Positions 8,998-17,782 of a stretch of 21,894 nt of DNA are shown piece by piece (position 1 is the stretch's first letter; every line of letters starts with the position of its first letter). The DNA is from a virus. Taxonomy: Duplodnaviria; Heunggongvirae; Uroviricota; Caudoviricetes. The position numbers and the translations under genes are program-made. The stretch covers positions 1 to 21,894 of the IMG/VR virus record IMGVR_UViG_2737471819_000029; one strand, given 5' to 3'. The notes under the pieces are model-generated. The model was not told the origin of the DNA, did not search any database, and worked only from the letters and a program-made list of their open reading frames with translations.

Positions 8998-9454
8998 GAT
9001 CGTCCTTTTTGCGCTTCGTAAGTTTGCTATTGCTTCTAATGCATCGCTGACTGATGTTGAGCCGCAATCAATTGAAGATGGTGTAAATGATCTGGAAGAT
9101 ATGATGTCCGAGTGGATGATTAACCCCGGCGACATTGGTTACGCTTTCGCAACTGGAGATGAGCAGCCATTACCAGATGATGAGTCCGGTCTTCCAAGAA
9201 AATACAAACACGCAGTAGGCTATCAGTTATTGCTGAGAATGCTATCTGATTACAGCCTTGAACCAACTCCGCAAGTTCTCAGTAACGCCCAACGCTCATA
9301 TGATGCCTTGATGACCGACACTCTGGTTGTTCCTTCAATGCGACGACGTGGAGATTTTCCTGTAGGGCAGGGTAATAAATATGACGTGTTCACATCTGAC
9401 CGATATTATCCAGGCGATCTCCCTCTGATTGATGGCGATATCCCAAACGCATAG
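8972..9454 (+). CDS. Head completion / tail adaptor protein, P22 gp4-like (160 aa)
   Basis: N-terminal region ([43 protein letters not shown]) resembles P22 gp4 ([28 protein letters not shown]...) from memory; correct position. Confidence 0.8.
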   Translation: [160 protein letters not shown]

Positions 9455-9462
9455 GTGAATAA

Positions 9463-10881
9463 ATGCCGATTCAGCAACTTCCGCTTATGAAAGGTGTCGG
9501 CAAAGACTTTCGAAACGCCGACTATATCGACTATCTGCCAGTGAATATGTTGGCTACACCCAAAGAAATCCTGAACAGCAGCGGATATCTTCGCTCATTC
9601 CCGGGCATTGCCAAACGTTCTGATGTGAACGGCGTATCGCGTGGCGTCGAGTACAACATGGCGCAGAATGCTGTTTATCGCGTGTGTGGCGGCAAGCTGT
9701 ATAAGGGCGAAAGTGAAGTCGGTGATGTTGCCGGAAGTGGTAGAGTATCAATGGCGCATGGTCGGACATCACAGGCAGTAGGCGTTAATGGTAAACTGGT
9801 CGAGTATCGCTATGATGGCACGGTTAAAACCGTCTCAAACTGGCCTACAGACAGCGGATTCACGCAGTATGAGTTAGGTTCTGTTCGTGACATTACGCGC
9901 TTACGTGGGCGTTATGCGTGGTCAAAAGACGGCACTGATTCATGGTTTATCACTGACCTTGAAGACGAATCGCATCCTGACCGCTACAGCGCACAATATC
10001 GCGCAGAATCTCAGCCTGATGGCATCATCGGCATAGGCACATGGCGAGACTTCATCGTCTGCTTTGGTTCATCGACGATTGAATATTTCTCCCTGACAGG
10101 CGCAACTACCGTTGGTGCCGCTTTGTATGTTGCACAACCATCGCTGATGGTGCAGAAAGGCATTGCCGGAACTTACTGCAAAACGCCATTCGCTGATTCG
10201 TATGCGTTTATCAGCAATCCGGCAACGGGTGCGCCGTCTGTGTATATCATCGGCTCCGGTCAGGTGTCACCAATTGCCAGCGCGAGCATTGAGAAAATCC
10301 TCCGCTCCTACACTGCTGATGAACTGGCTGATGGTGTGATGGAATCGCTGCGATTTGATGCTCATGAGTTGCTGATTATCCACCTTCCGCGTCACGTCCT
10401 TGTGTACGACGCATCTTCAAGCGCCAATGGTCCGCAATGGTGTGTGCTGAAAACTGGCTTGTATGACGATGTGTACCGCGCTATCGACTTCATTTACGAA
10501 GGCAATCAGATAACGTGCGGCGATAAGCTGGAATCGGTTACCGGGAAATTGCAGTTCGATATCAGCAGCCAGTACGACAAGCAACAGGAACACCTGCTGT
10601 TTACTCCGTTGTTCAAAGCGGATAACGCCAGAGTTTTCGACCTTGAAGTTGAATCGTCAACTGGAGTTGCGCAGTACGCTGACCGCCTGTTCCTCTCTGC
10701 AACCACTGACGGCATCAATTACGGACGTGAGCAGATGATTGAGCAGAATGAACCGTTCGTTTACGACAAACGCGTTTTGTGGAAGCGAGTAGGGCGCATC
10801 AGGAAAAATGTCGGCTTCAAATTGCGCGTTATCACGAAGTCACCTGTCACTCTGGCTGGCTGCCAGATAAGGATTGAGTAA
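9463..10881 (+). CDS. Tail accessory / head completion protein, P22 gp10-like (472 aa)
   Basis: Same length as P22 gp10 and an N-terminus [49 protein letters not shown] that matches what I recall of gp10. Confidence 0.85.
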   Translation: MPIQQLPLMKGVGKDFRNADYIDYLPVNMLATPKEILNSSGYLRSFPGIAKRSDVNGVSRGVEYNMAQNAVYRVCGGKLYKGESEVGDVAGSGRVSMAHGRTSQAVGVNGKLVEYRYDGTVKTVSNWPTDSGFTQYELGSVRDITRLRGRYAWSKDGTDSWFITDLEDESHPDRYSAQYRAESQPDGIIGIGTWRDFIVCFGSSTIEYFSLTGATTVGAALYVAQPSLMVQKGIAGTYCKTPFADSYAFISNPATGAPSVYIIGSGQVSPIASASIEKILRSYTADELADGVMESLRFDAHELLIIHLPRHVLVYDASSSANGPQWCVLKTGLYDDVYRAIDFIYEGNQITCGDKLESVTGKLQFDISSQYDKQQEHLLFTPLFKADNARVFDLEVESSTGVAQYADRLFLSATTDGINYGREQMIEQNEPFVYDKRVLWKRVGRIRKNVGFKLRVITKSPVTLAGCQIRIE

Positions 10882-11582
10882 TGGCGGATTCGAATCTCAA
10901 TGTGCCGGTAATCATCCAAGCTACGCGGCTCGATACATCAGTCCTTCCACGCAATATCTTCTCGCAGTCGTATCTGCTTTACGTTATCGCACAGGGCACT
11001 GATGTTGGTAACGTGGCTAACAAGGCCAACGAGGCCGGACAGGGCGCTTATGATGCACAGGTCAGGAACGATGAGCAGGATGTTATTCTGGTCGATCACG
11101 AAGAAAGAATTCGTCAGCTCCGCATCGACGTAGACGACCATGAAATCCGTATTACTGCAAATACCAATGCAATCGCGTCGCTGGATGTCAGACTAACCAC
11201 GGCTGAAGGTGAAATAGTCACCTTGCAGGCTGATGTCAGTGCTCTTGATGGTAGAGTGACGGAGGCTGAAGGAAATATTTCTGCATTGCAGGACGATTAC
11301 GTATCGAAAACAGCAACAGCAACACAATCGCTGGCATCCCCCCTCAACGTAACAACATCCTATTCAGTCGGCGGCACCAAGGTTATCGGTGCTCGTCAGA
11401 CAGGATGGACAGCGGCAACCGGAACGGCACTCCTCGGCGCATTCAACGCTAACCAGTCATACACTGTCGGCACTACGTACACGCAATCCGAAGTCTCAGC
11501 ACTCGCTACAGGTTTGCAGCAGGCGCGGCAGCGTATTCTGGCGCTTGAAACGGCACTTAGATTACATGGGCTGATTGACTGA
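10881..11582 (+). CDS. Tail needle protein, P22 gp26-like (233 aa)
   Basis: Same length as P22 gp26; N-terminus [25 protein letters not shown] and coiled-coil heptads ([23 protein letters not shown]...) match gp26 from memory; C-terminus ...LRLHGLID. Confidence 0.85.
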   Translation: MADSNLNVPVIIQATRLDTSVLPRNIFSQSYLLYVIAQGTDVGNVANKANEAGQGAYDAQVRNDEQDVILVDHEERIRQLRIDVDDHEIRITANTNAIASLDVRLTTAEGEIVTLQADVSALDGRVTEAEGNISALQDDYVSKTATATQSLASPLNVTTSYSVGGTKVIGARQTGWTAATGTALLGAFNANQSYTVGTTYTQSEVSALATGLQQARQRILALETALRLHGLID

Positions 11583-12037
11583 TGATTACATTCAAACCAA
11601 CGCGAAACATCGACCTGATCGAAGCAGTAGGAAATCACCCTGACATCATCGCCGGGAGCAACAACGGTGATGGATACGACTACAAGCCTGAATGCCGTTA
11701 CTTCGAGGTGAACGTGCACGGGCAGTTCGGCGGCATTGTTTACTATCAGGAGATTCAGCCTTTGACCTTTGATTGCCACGCCATGTATCTGCCAGAGGTT
11801 CGTGGATTCAGCAAGGAAATCGGGCTGGCGTTCTGGCGATACATTCTGACTAACACCACCGTTCAGTGCGTCACATCGTTCGCCGCACGCAAATTCCGCC
11901 ACGGGCAGATGTACTGCGCAATGATTGGCCTTAAGCGTGTAGGAACCATCAAGAAATACTTCAAAGGCGTGGATGACGTGACATTTTACAGTGCTACACG
12001 CGAAGAACTAATCGACTTCCTGAATCACGGGAGATAG
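11582..12037 (+). CDS. P22 gp14-position protein (151 aa); function inferred from gene order only
   Basis: ATGA overlap with the preceding gene; sits between the needle gene and the gp7-like ejection gene, as gene 14 does in P22. No sequence motif recognised. Confidence 0.5.
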   Translation: MITFKPTRNIDLIEAVGNHPDIIAGSNNGDGYDYKPECRYFEVNVHGQFGGIVYYQEIQPLTFDCHAMYLPEVRGFSKEIGLAFWRYILTNTTVQCVTSFAARKFRHGQMYCAMIGLKRVGTIKKYFKGVDDVTFYSATREELIDFLNHGR

Positions 12038-12039
12038 CC

Positions 12040-12735
12040 ATGTTATATGCATTTAAGCTGGGCAGAAAACTGCGCGGCGAGGAACCTTATTGCCCTGAAA
12101 AAGGCGGGAAAGGTGGCAGCTCTGATAAAAGCGCAAAGTATGCAGCAGAAGCTCAGAAGTATGCCGCAGACCTGCAAAATCAGCAGTTCAACACCATCAT
12201 GAACAACCTGAAGCCGTTTACTCCTCTGGCTGATAAGTATGTCGGCAGCCTCGAGAACTTATCGTCTCTGGAAGGGCAAGGTCAGGCACTTAACCAGTAT
12301 TACAACTCTCAGCAGTACAAAGATCTTGCTGGTCAGGCTCGCTATCAGAGTCTGGCGGCAGCGGAAGCAACAGGTGGATTGGGTTCCACTGCAACCGGTA
12401 ATCAGTTAGCAACAATCGCACCAACGCTTGGTCAGCAATGGCTATCTGGTCAGATGAACAACTACCAGAATCTGGCAAATATTGGTCTTGGCGCACTGCA
12501 AGGTCAGGCAAACGCCGGGCAGACATATGCCAACAACATGAGTCAGATTTCGCAGCAAAGTGCGGCTCTTGCAGCGGCAAATGCCAACAGACCATCAGCA
12601 ATGCAATCTGCTATTGGCGGAGGTGCGTCTGGTGCTATTGCTGGGGCTGGACTTGCGAAATTAATTGGTTCATCAACTCCGTGGGGTGCTGGTATCGGTG
12701 CTGGTATCGGTCTGCTTGGTTCACTGCTTTATTAA
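12040..12735 (+). CDS. Ejection (injection) protein, P22 gp7-like (231 aa)
   Basis: Position and length (P22 gp7 about 229 aa); Gly/Ala/Gln-rich low-complexity C-terminal half with a hydrophobic tail. Confidence 0.7.
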   Translation: MLYAFKLGRKLRGEEPYCPEKGGKGGSSDKSAKYAAEAQKYAADLQNQQFNTIMNNLKPFTPLADKYVGSLENLSSLEGQGQALNQYYNSQQYKDLAGQARYQSLAAAEATGGLGSTATGNQLATIAPTLGQQWLSGQMNNYQNLANIGLGALQGQANAGQTYANNMSQISQQSAALAAANANRPSAMQSAIGGGASGAIAGAGLAKLIGSSTPWGAGIGAGIGLLGSLLY

Positions 12736-12745
12736 GGGGTAATCA

Positions 12746-14161
12746 ATGGCTACGTGGCAACAGGGTATTAATTCTGGTGGTTTTCTGGCTGGCATCGGTA
12801 CGCAAAATGAGAATGCGCCAAAGGCAAGCGACATTAACGCAACGCTTGGTCTGATCCGCGAAAACAATGAACTGGCTCGATCAGGTGCAAATAACGTTGG
12901 TCTGACCGCGTTACGTGGTCTGGCTGGAGTTGCTGATATTTACAATCAGGAACAGCAACAGAAAGCGATTAGTGCGTTCAATAAGGTTCACGCTGATGCA
13001 TGGGCTTCTGGTGATCCATCGGGACTATTTAAGTTTGCCCAGGAAAATCCAGCGTTTGTTGCACAGGCACAACAGGCGTTTTCCGGTCTTAATGATCAGC
13101 AACGCAACGATATGGGCGATTTAGCCATGAGGGCTAACGTCGCTCTTTCTCAGGGACCGGAAGCCTACAGTAAATTCATTACTGACAACAAGGACAGGTT
13201 AAATCGCGTGGGGGCGAATGCTGACTGGATGATTCAGACAGGTATCCAGAATCCAGAGCAGCTATCACACATGCTGACTACTATGTCTCTCGGTGCGCTT
13301 GGACCAGAAAAGGCGTTTGCTGTTCAGGACAAGATGGCTGGTCGTGAAATTGACCGAGGCAAACTTGCAGAGACAATCCGCAGCAATCAGGCTGGAGAAG
13401 CACTTCAGGCGAGAGGGCAAAACCTTTCCTATCAGTCAGCAATGACTGGACACAATATCGCAGCACAACGCTTGGCTCTGGATCAGCAAGAGTTCGGGTT
13501 TAAGATGCAGCAAGCACAGGAAAAGGCTCAGCAGTTGATTAGCGAAGCACCTAAGCTGTCAGTAAACATGGAAAAAGGCATCGAGACGGCTGTAAACAAT
13601 GCTACAGCATCATCAAACTCAGCCAATTCTATGAGTGCGCTTGCTCAACAGTTCAGAGCAGAAAAACCAACGACAGGTTTGTTCGGTAACGCACAGAACA
13701 TGTTCGCAAAACTTACCGGAAGCGATACAACATTGCGTGATTTGCGCATCCGCCAAAATGCCCTTGTTAACAGTCAGGTTCTTAAATTCCTACCTCCCGG
13801 CCCCGCAACGGATAAAGACGTTGAGATCGTTCGGCAGGGTGCACCAACTGACATGGATAACCCTGAGACGGTCGCAAGATGGCTTGATGCGATGGCAAAC
13901 CTTGAGCGACGAAACGCGCAGTTTAATGAGTTTAAAGCCGAGTGGATGAGCGCGAATGGCAATCCAGGACAATCGCGTAATGGCGGTCAGATATTGGGGT
14001 TGGATGTTAAAAAAGGTGAATCATTGGGGAGTGCCGTTAAGCGGTATATGTCAATGAATACTGACGCAGCGCCAGCACAAGATTCGACACCTTCAGGAGA
14101 ACCACGGAATCAGGTTGGATCATATACCTCAAAATCAGGCATTCAATTTACGGTGGAATGA
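12746..14161 (+). CDS. Ejection protein, P22 gp20-like (471 aa)
   Basis: Same length as P22 gp20 and correct order; start codon preceded by AAGGGG SD. Confidence 0.75.
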   Translation: MATWQQGINSGGFLAGIGTQNENAPKASDINATLGLIRENNELARSGANNVGLTALRGLAGVADIYNQEQQQKAISAFNKVHADAWASGDPSGLFKFAQENPAFVAQAQQAFSGLNDQQRNDMGDLAMRANVALSQGPEAYSKFITDNKDRLNRVGANADWMIQTGIQNPEQLSHMLTTMSLGALGPEKAFAVQDKMAGREIDRGKLAETIRSNQAGEALQARGQNLSYQSAMTGHNIAAQRLALDQQEFGFKMQQAQEKAQQLISEAPKLSVNMEKGIETAVNNATASSNSANSMSALAQQFRAEKPTTGLFGNAQNMFAKLTGSDTTLRDLRIRQNALVNSQVLKFLPPGPATDKDVEIVRQGAPTDMDNPETVARWLDAMANLERRNAQFNEFKAEWMSANGNPGQSRNGGQILGLDVKKGESLGSAVKRYMSMNTDAAPAQDSTPSGEPRNQVGSYTSKSGIQFTVE

Positions 14162-15999
14162 TGAAAGTAACTGCAAACGGTAAGACATTTACCTTTCCTG
14201 ATGGTACGAGCACCGAAGATATTGGCACCGCCATTGATGAGTATTTTGCTGGTCAGGCTGTTCAGCAACAAACAGTTAATCAGGCCAATAATGCACCAAC
14301 ACGGGAAGAACCATCATTAATGCAACAAGCTGGCGATTGGCTCACTGGTGGTCAAAGTGCAGGGCAAATCGCAGAACAGGCTGGTCGTGGTCTGGTAAAC
14401 ATACCATTTGACGTATTGCAGGGTGGCGCAAGTCTGATTAATGCAATCAGTCAGGGGCTTGGTGGGCCAAAAGTATTGGATGATGTCTATCGTCCAGTCG
14501 ATCGACCGACAGACACTTATGCGCAAGCTGGAGAAACAATTGGCGGGTATTTAGTTCCAGGAGTTGGAACGGCAGGAAGCATGGCTATTGGATCACTGGC
14601 AGAGGCCGCAAATCAGAAAGGCGATTTCGCACAAAATGCAGCTAAAAATGCCGGAGTTAACCTTGCCGCTCAGGGTGTTCTTTCCGCAGCAGCAAAGGGA
14701 ATAGGGCGTGGAATAACGGCTATAAAAGGTGATATTGCGCCAGAAGTGGCGAAGAAAATTGCCACATCAGAATCGATGGGCGTGACACCAATGACATCTG
14801 ATGTTATCCCGCCGAAAAATGCTTTCACTCGTGGCCTTACTCAGGATGCCGAGGGTGCTTTGCTCGGGACAGGCTCAAAGCGAGCGGAGCAATATGCAAC
14901 GCGTAGTAAACTGGTAAGCAATTATTTTGACCGTTTTGGTGAGTATAACCCTGATGATGTGGTGAAATCTCTGACCACCACGTTAAGGGGGCGGAAGGAT
15001 GCCGCTGGCGCTGTTATCAATGACGTCACCAATAAAATGGGTAATGCCGCAGTTGATACCACAAATACCATGAATGCTCTGAATACAGCGATCGCAAGAC
15101 AGGAACGGCTTGGGACGTCTGCCAATCAAAGCCTGCTTACATCCTTGCGTAACCTACGTGAAGAATTAGCAAACCCTGCAACTGATTTGGATGTTACGTT
15201 TGATCTCTTGCGTCAGCACAGAACAGCATTTAGATCTAATGTTCAGGGAGATGCTATGGTCTTCCCCAACCAGGCAAAAGCAGCTACCAATATGGTAGAG
15301 AATGCAATGTCAAAAGACCTTCGTAACGCAGTTGCTAAAAACCTCGGTGCATCAGACGCAGCAAAATACCTTAAAGCAAATTCCGATTATGCAAACGTTT
15401 ATAATAAGGTGCTTAATAAAAACATTGCTAACAAGCTCAACAAGGCAAGCAGTGAAGCCAGTCCTGAACTTATAAATACCGTTGTATTAAGCAGAAAACC
15501 ATCTGACGTGAAACGAATCTGGAGCGCACTGGATGATAAAGGGAAAGATGCTATGCGTGCAGCTTACGTCAGCAAAATAGCGGAAAAGGCCGGTGACTCT
15601 CCAGCCAAGTTCATCACTGAAGTTAATAAGCTGAAATCTCAGTCAGGCGGTGAAATTTACAACACTATTTTTTCTGGGAAGCACATGAAAGAGCTTGATT
15701 CTCTTCATGAAGTTCTACAGCAAACAGCAAGGTCAGACACCGCAAATGTAGTAACTCAGACGGGGCAATCGCAAGCCAACAGGATAAGGACGATTGGCGC
15801 AACTGCGACTCTTGGCATATCAATGGGTCTTGAGGCTGGTTTCGGTGCAATGATGCGCTTGTATGAGTCTAAAGCAGCAAGAAACATGCTTCTCCGCCTT
15901 GCAAACGTCAAGCCTGGAACTCCGGCATATGAGCGAGCGTTAAATCAGGCTGCTAACGCCGTTCGCCCTCTCCTAACTAACGAAGCTACCAGGCAGTAG
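14158..15999 (+). CDS. Ejection protein, P22 gp16-like (613 aa)
   Basis: ATGA overlap with the preceding gene; length close to P22 gp16 (609 aa); last gene of the ejection-protein block. Confidence 0.75.
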   Translation: MMKVTANGKTFTFPDGTSTEDIGTAIDEYFAGQAVQQQTVNQANNAPTREEPSLMQQAGDWLTGGQSAGQIAEQAGRGLVNIPFDVLQGGASLINAISQGLGGPKVLDDVYRPVDRPTDTYAQAGETIGGYLVPGVGTAGSMAIGSLAEAANQKGDFAQNAAKNAGVNLAAQGVLSAAAKGIGRGITAIKGDIAPEVAKKIATSESMGVTPMTSDVIPPKNAFTRGLTQDAEGALLGTGSKRAEQYATRSKLVSNYFDRFGEYNPDDVVKSLTTTLRGRKDAAGAVINDVTNKMGNAAVDTTNTMNALNTAIARQERLGTSANQSLLTSLRNLREELANPATDLDVTFDLLRQHRTAFRSNVQGDAMVFPNQAKAATNMVENAMSKDLRNAVAKNLGASDAAKYLKANSDYANVYNKVLNKNIANKLNKASSEASPELINTVVLSRKPSDVKRIWSALDDKGKDAMRAAYVSKIAEKAGDSPAKFITEVNKLKSQSGGEIYNTIFSGKHMKELDSLHEVLQQTARSDTANVVTQTGQSQANRIRTIGATATLGISMGLEAGFGAMMRLYESKAARNMLLRLANVKPGTPAYERALNQAANAVRPLLTNEATRQ

Positions 16000-16018
16000 A
16001 AATGAACGCCAAGGAAGG

Positions 16019-16348
16019 CTATTTAATTCTCTTTTCAATGGCTGCAATTATTGCTTTTCCTGATGTTTCAGGAGATTTTGTAGCCATATAAGACGAAAAA
16101 ATCATGTCGGTCATTCTTTCATAACTTACTATTTCCCACTTAGCCAATGCATGGGACAGTTTGTAGTTGTCATCAGTTAGTGCCCTTATGGAATTTTTTA
16201 AGTGTTTATTCTCTTCTGTTAATCGCGCAATTTTTGTATCAATTTCATGTGAGCGATCTAATTCCTTAACCTGTTTCTTGAGGGCAGCTAACCCTGCATA
16301 TAGTACGCAACAGGATATCCCAAGAGCGAGTACGACTATTTCTAACAC
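16019..16348 (-). CDS. Hypothetical membrane-anchored coiled-coil protein (~110 aa; GTG start after a strong SD). The 181-aa track ORF is this gene plus a spurious 5' extension.
   Basis: On the minus strand AAGGAGG (complement of 16354-16360) lies 5 nt upstream of an in-frame GTG (16346-16348). Product begins VLEIVVLALGISCCVLYAGLAAL (one TM helix) followed by heptad-like charged sequence (KKQVKELDRSHEIDTKIARLTEENKHLKNSIRALTDDNYKL...). The upstream part of the long ORF looks like antisense of the neighbouring gene. Confidence 0.5.
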   Translation of the reverse strand: MLEIVVLALGISCCVLYAGLAALKKQVKELDRSHEIDTKIARLTEENKHLKNSIRALTDDNYKLSHALAKWEIVSYERMTDMIFSSYMATKSPETSGKAIIAAIEKRIK

Positions 16349-16378
16349 ACCAACCTCCTTAGTTTTTCGCAGGATACC

Positions 16379-16744
16379 ATGAAAAAAGTTAACATTGGAA
16401 ACGTACCAAAGATGCTCGTTCCGCTCTTTGAGAGCGGTACAATTGTGTTTTGTAGAGACTTTCCAGAATGGCAACGCCTGCATCAAAAACTTGGCGTTGA
16501 CGTGCATGACTCGGACGCCAACGGAGCGTCTCATACAATGAGTAGCGAGAATGGTGTTTTGCATGTGATAGGCGTGTTCAATGGCAAACTATCTACTATT
16601 GCCCATGAGTGCGCTCACATGGCATTCGATATCTGCTCAAGGGTAGGTGTTGATGTTGAACCAGGAAGAGCCAACGAGACTTACTGCTACTTAATGAGCA
16701 GGCTTGTTGAGTTCTGCGAGCGACATATCAAAAAGCCGGAGTGA
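16379..16744 (+). CDS. Hypothetical small HExxH-motif protein (121 aa), candidate zinc metallopeptidase-like protein
   Basis: Protein-like composition; contains IAHECAHMAFD (H-E-x-x-H); divergent from the membrane protein gene with only ~30 bp between start codons; weak SD (GGA). Confidence 0.5.
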   Translation: MKKVNIGNVPKMLVPLFESGTIVFCRDFPEWQRLHQKLGVDVHDSDANGASHTMSSENGVLHVIGVFNGKLSTIAHECAHMAFDICSRVGVDVEPGRANETYCYLMSRLVEFCERHIKKPE

Positions 16745-16751
16745 CCCGGCT
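16735..16751 (-). terminator. Putative intrinsic terminator for the small minus-strand gene (hairpin overlaps the 3' end of the HExxH gene)
   Basis: AGCCGG / CCGGCT 6-bp stem with 6-nt loop; on the minus strand it is followed by TTTTTGATA. Lies immediately downstream of the minus-strand stop at 16758. Confidence 0.45.
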
Positions 16752-16757
16752 TGATTA

Positions 16758-16937
16758 TTACTTTTTGCTGTCTGGAGTTCGCTTATCTAATACCCAGCCA
16801 TGACCTGGCTTTGTTGTTGGCGGAAGCCTTTCGTTGTCCTTGACGGTGGCAAAATTGTCTTTCTTACCGCCGCGCGGGCCAACTTCTTGGTATATTCCGC
16901 CGTTTTTTCCTGTGTTTTCACCTGGTTTTTTCGCCAT
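16758..16937 (-). CDS. Hypothetical small Lys/Gly-rich hydrophilic protein (59 aa from the second ATG)
   Basis: GAGG 7 nt upstream of the second in-frame ATG (MAKKPGENTGKNGGIYQEVGPRGGKK...); terminator hairpin immediately downstream; candidate -35 TTGACT (complement of 16997-17002) upstream. Confidence 0.45.
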   Translation of the reverse strand: MAKKPGENTGKNGGIYQEVGPRGGKKDNFATVKDNERLPPTTKPGHGWVLDKRTPDSKK

Positions 16938-17097
16938 GATATACCTCAACATACACCCGTTATTGGGCGATTAAATATTGATCTCATTTTATAAGTAGTC
17001 AATATGGCCCAGGTAAATGAAAAAATTAACCAATCGTCATCTGGGGTATCCGTAAAAACCCTTCAGTACATAACTACTGACAGATAACCAACGCAAA

Positions 17098-17122
17098 GAC
17101 CCAGCTTCGGCTGGGTTTTTTA
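17098..17122 (+). terminator. Strong rho-independent terminator inside a 330-bp non-coding gap (orphan on the + strand)
   Basis: ACCCAGC / GCTGGGT perfect 7-bp GC-rich stem with TTCG tetraloop followed by TTTTTT (17117-17122). Confidence 0.6.
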
Positions 17123-17267
17123 TGCCCAAAATTCACCGTAGCAACTAAGCGGTGATGGCCTTGATGGATAGCACTACGAAATTTTCGTAGTTCAAAAACC
17201 AAACAAATACCAACCGTCGCCATGCTGCGGCGATTCCTTGTATCTGGAGCAAATTAAATGACAGACA

Positions 17268-17762
17268 TTATCTAAAACAAGCAAACTCGCCATGATATTT
17301 TTCCCTGAATGCAATAGACATTAATTCTGCCAGCTCAATATCATCGGTATACCCAAGGAAAATAGACTTACCTTTTAGTTTGAACATAACTTTATATGTG
17401 TTTTTCCCTTTAAGAAGATGAACTCCTTTTATACCTGTATTGGATGATGAAACGCTGTTGGTTTTATTCTGACCTCTGGTTACTTCTCTTAGGTTTGAAA
17501 TTCTATTGTCATTTTTAACCCCGTTAATATGGTCAATTAACCCTTTAGGCCAGCATCCTTTCATATAAAACCAAGCAAGTCGGTGGCAAAGATACGATTT
17601 TCCATTAATCCGTATTGATAAGTAGTCGGCCTGTGAGTTCGTCTTAAATCCAGCAACCTTTCCGATACTGGAGCTACCAGAAGCTATCTTCCAAGTGAAG
17701 ACGCCTGTTTCTGGGTTGTAGTTGAGTGAAGAGGTTAATTCTTTATGAGTAATCATATTCAT
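17268..17762 (-). CDS. HNH endonuclease with C-terminal AP2-like DNA-binding domain (homing-endonuclease-like), 164 aa
   Basis: Motif LCHRLAWFYMKG...IDHINGVKNDNRISNLREVTRGQN (HNH_3-type H-N-N core) followed by GIKGVHLLKGKNTYKVMFKLKGKSIFLGYTDDIELAELMSIAFREKYHGEFA (AP2-like); AT-rich codon usage; start may be the second ATG at 17756. Confidence 0.8.
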   Translation of the reverse strand: MNMITHKELTSSLNYNPETGVFTWKIASGSSSIGKVAGFKTNSQADYLSIRINGKSYLCHRLAWFYMKGCWPKGLIDHINGVKNDNRISNLREVTRGQNKTNSVSSSNTGIKGVHLLKGKNTYKVMFKLKGKSIFLGYTDDIELAELMSIAFREKYHGEFACFR

Positions 17763-17782
17763 TCCTTAAATAGAGATTCACT

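Noticed and set aside
11389-11902. Minus 168-aa and plus 61-aa ORFs overlapping the tail needle and gp14-like genes
   Set aside because: Overlap two well-supported + strand genes across their junction; no start context; composition atypical.
12290-13124. ORFs (minus 103 aa, plus 138 aa, plus 69 aa) overlapping the gp7-like and gp20-like genes
   Set aside because: Alternative-frame or antisense reads of Gln/Gly/Ala-rich coding DNA, yielding Cys/Trp/Arg-rich products.
16019-16564. 181-aa minus-strand ORF taken at full length
   Set aside because: The 5' ~70 codons overlap the better-supported + strand HExxH gene and translate to composition-poor sequence; a strong SD plus GTG start inside the ORF supports the shorter ~110-aa protein.
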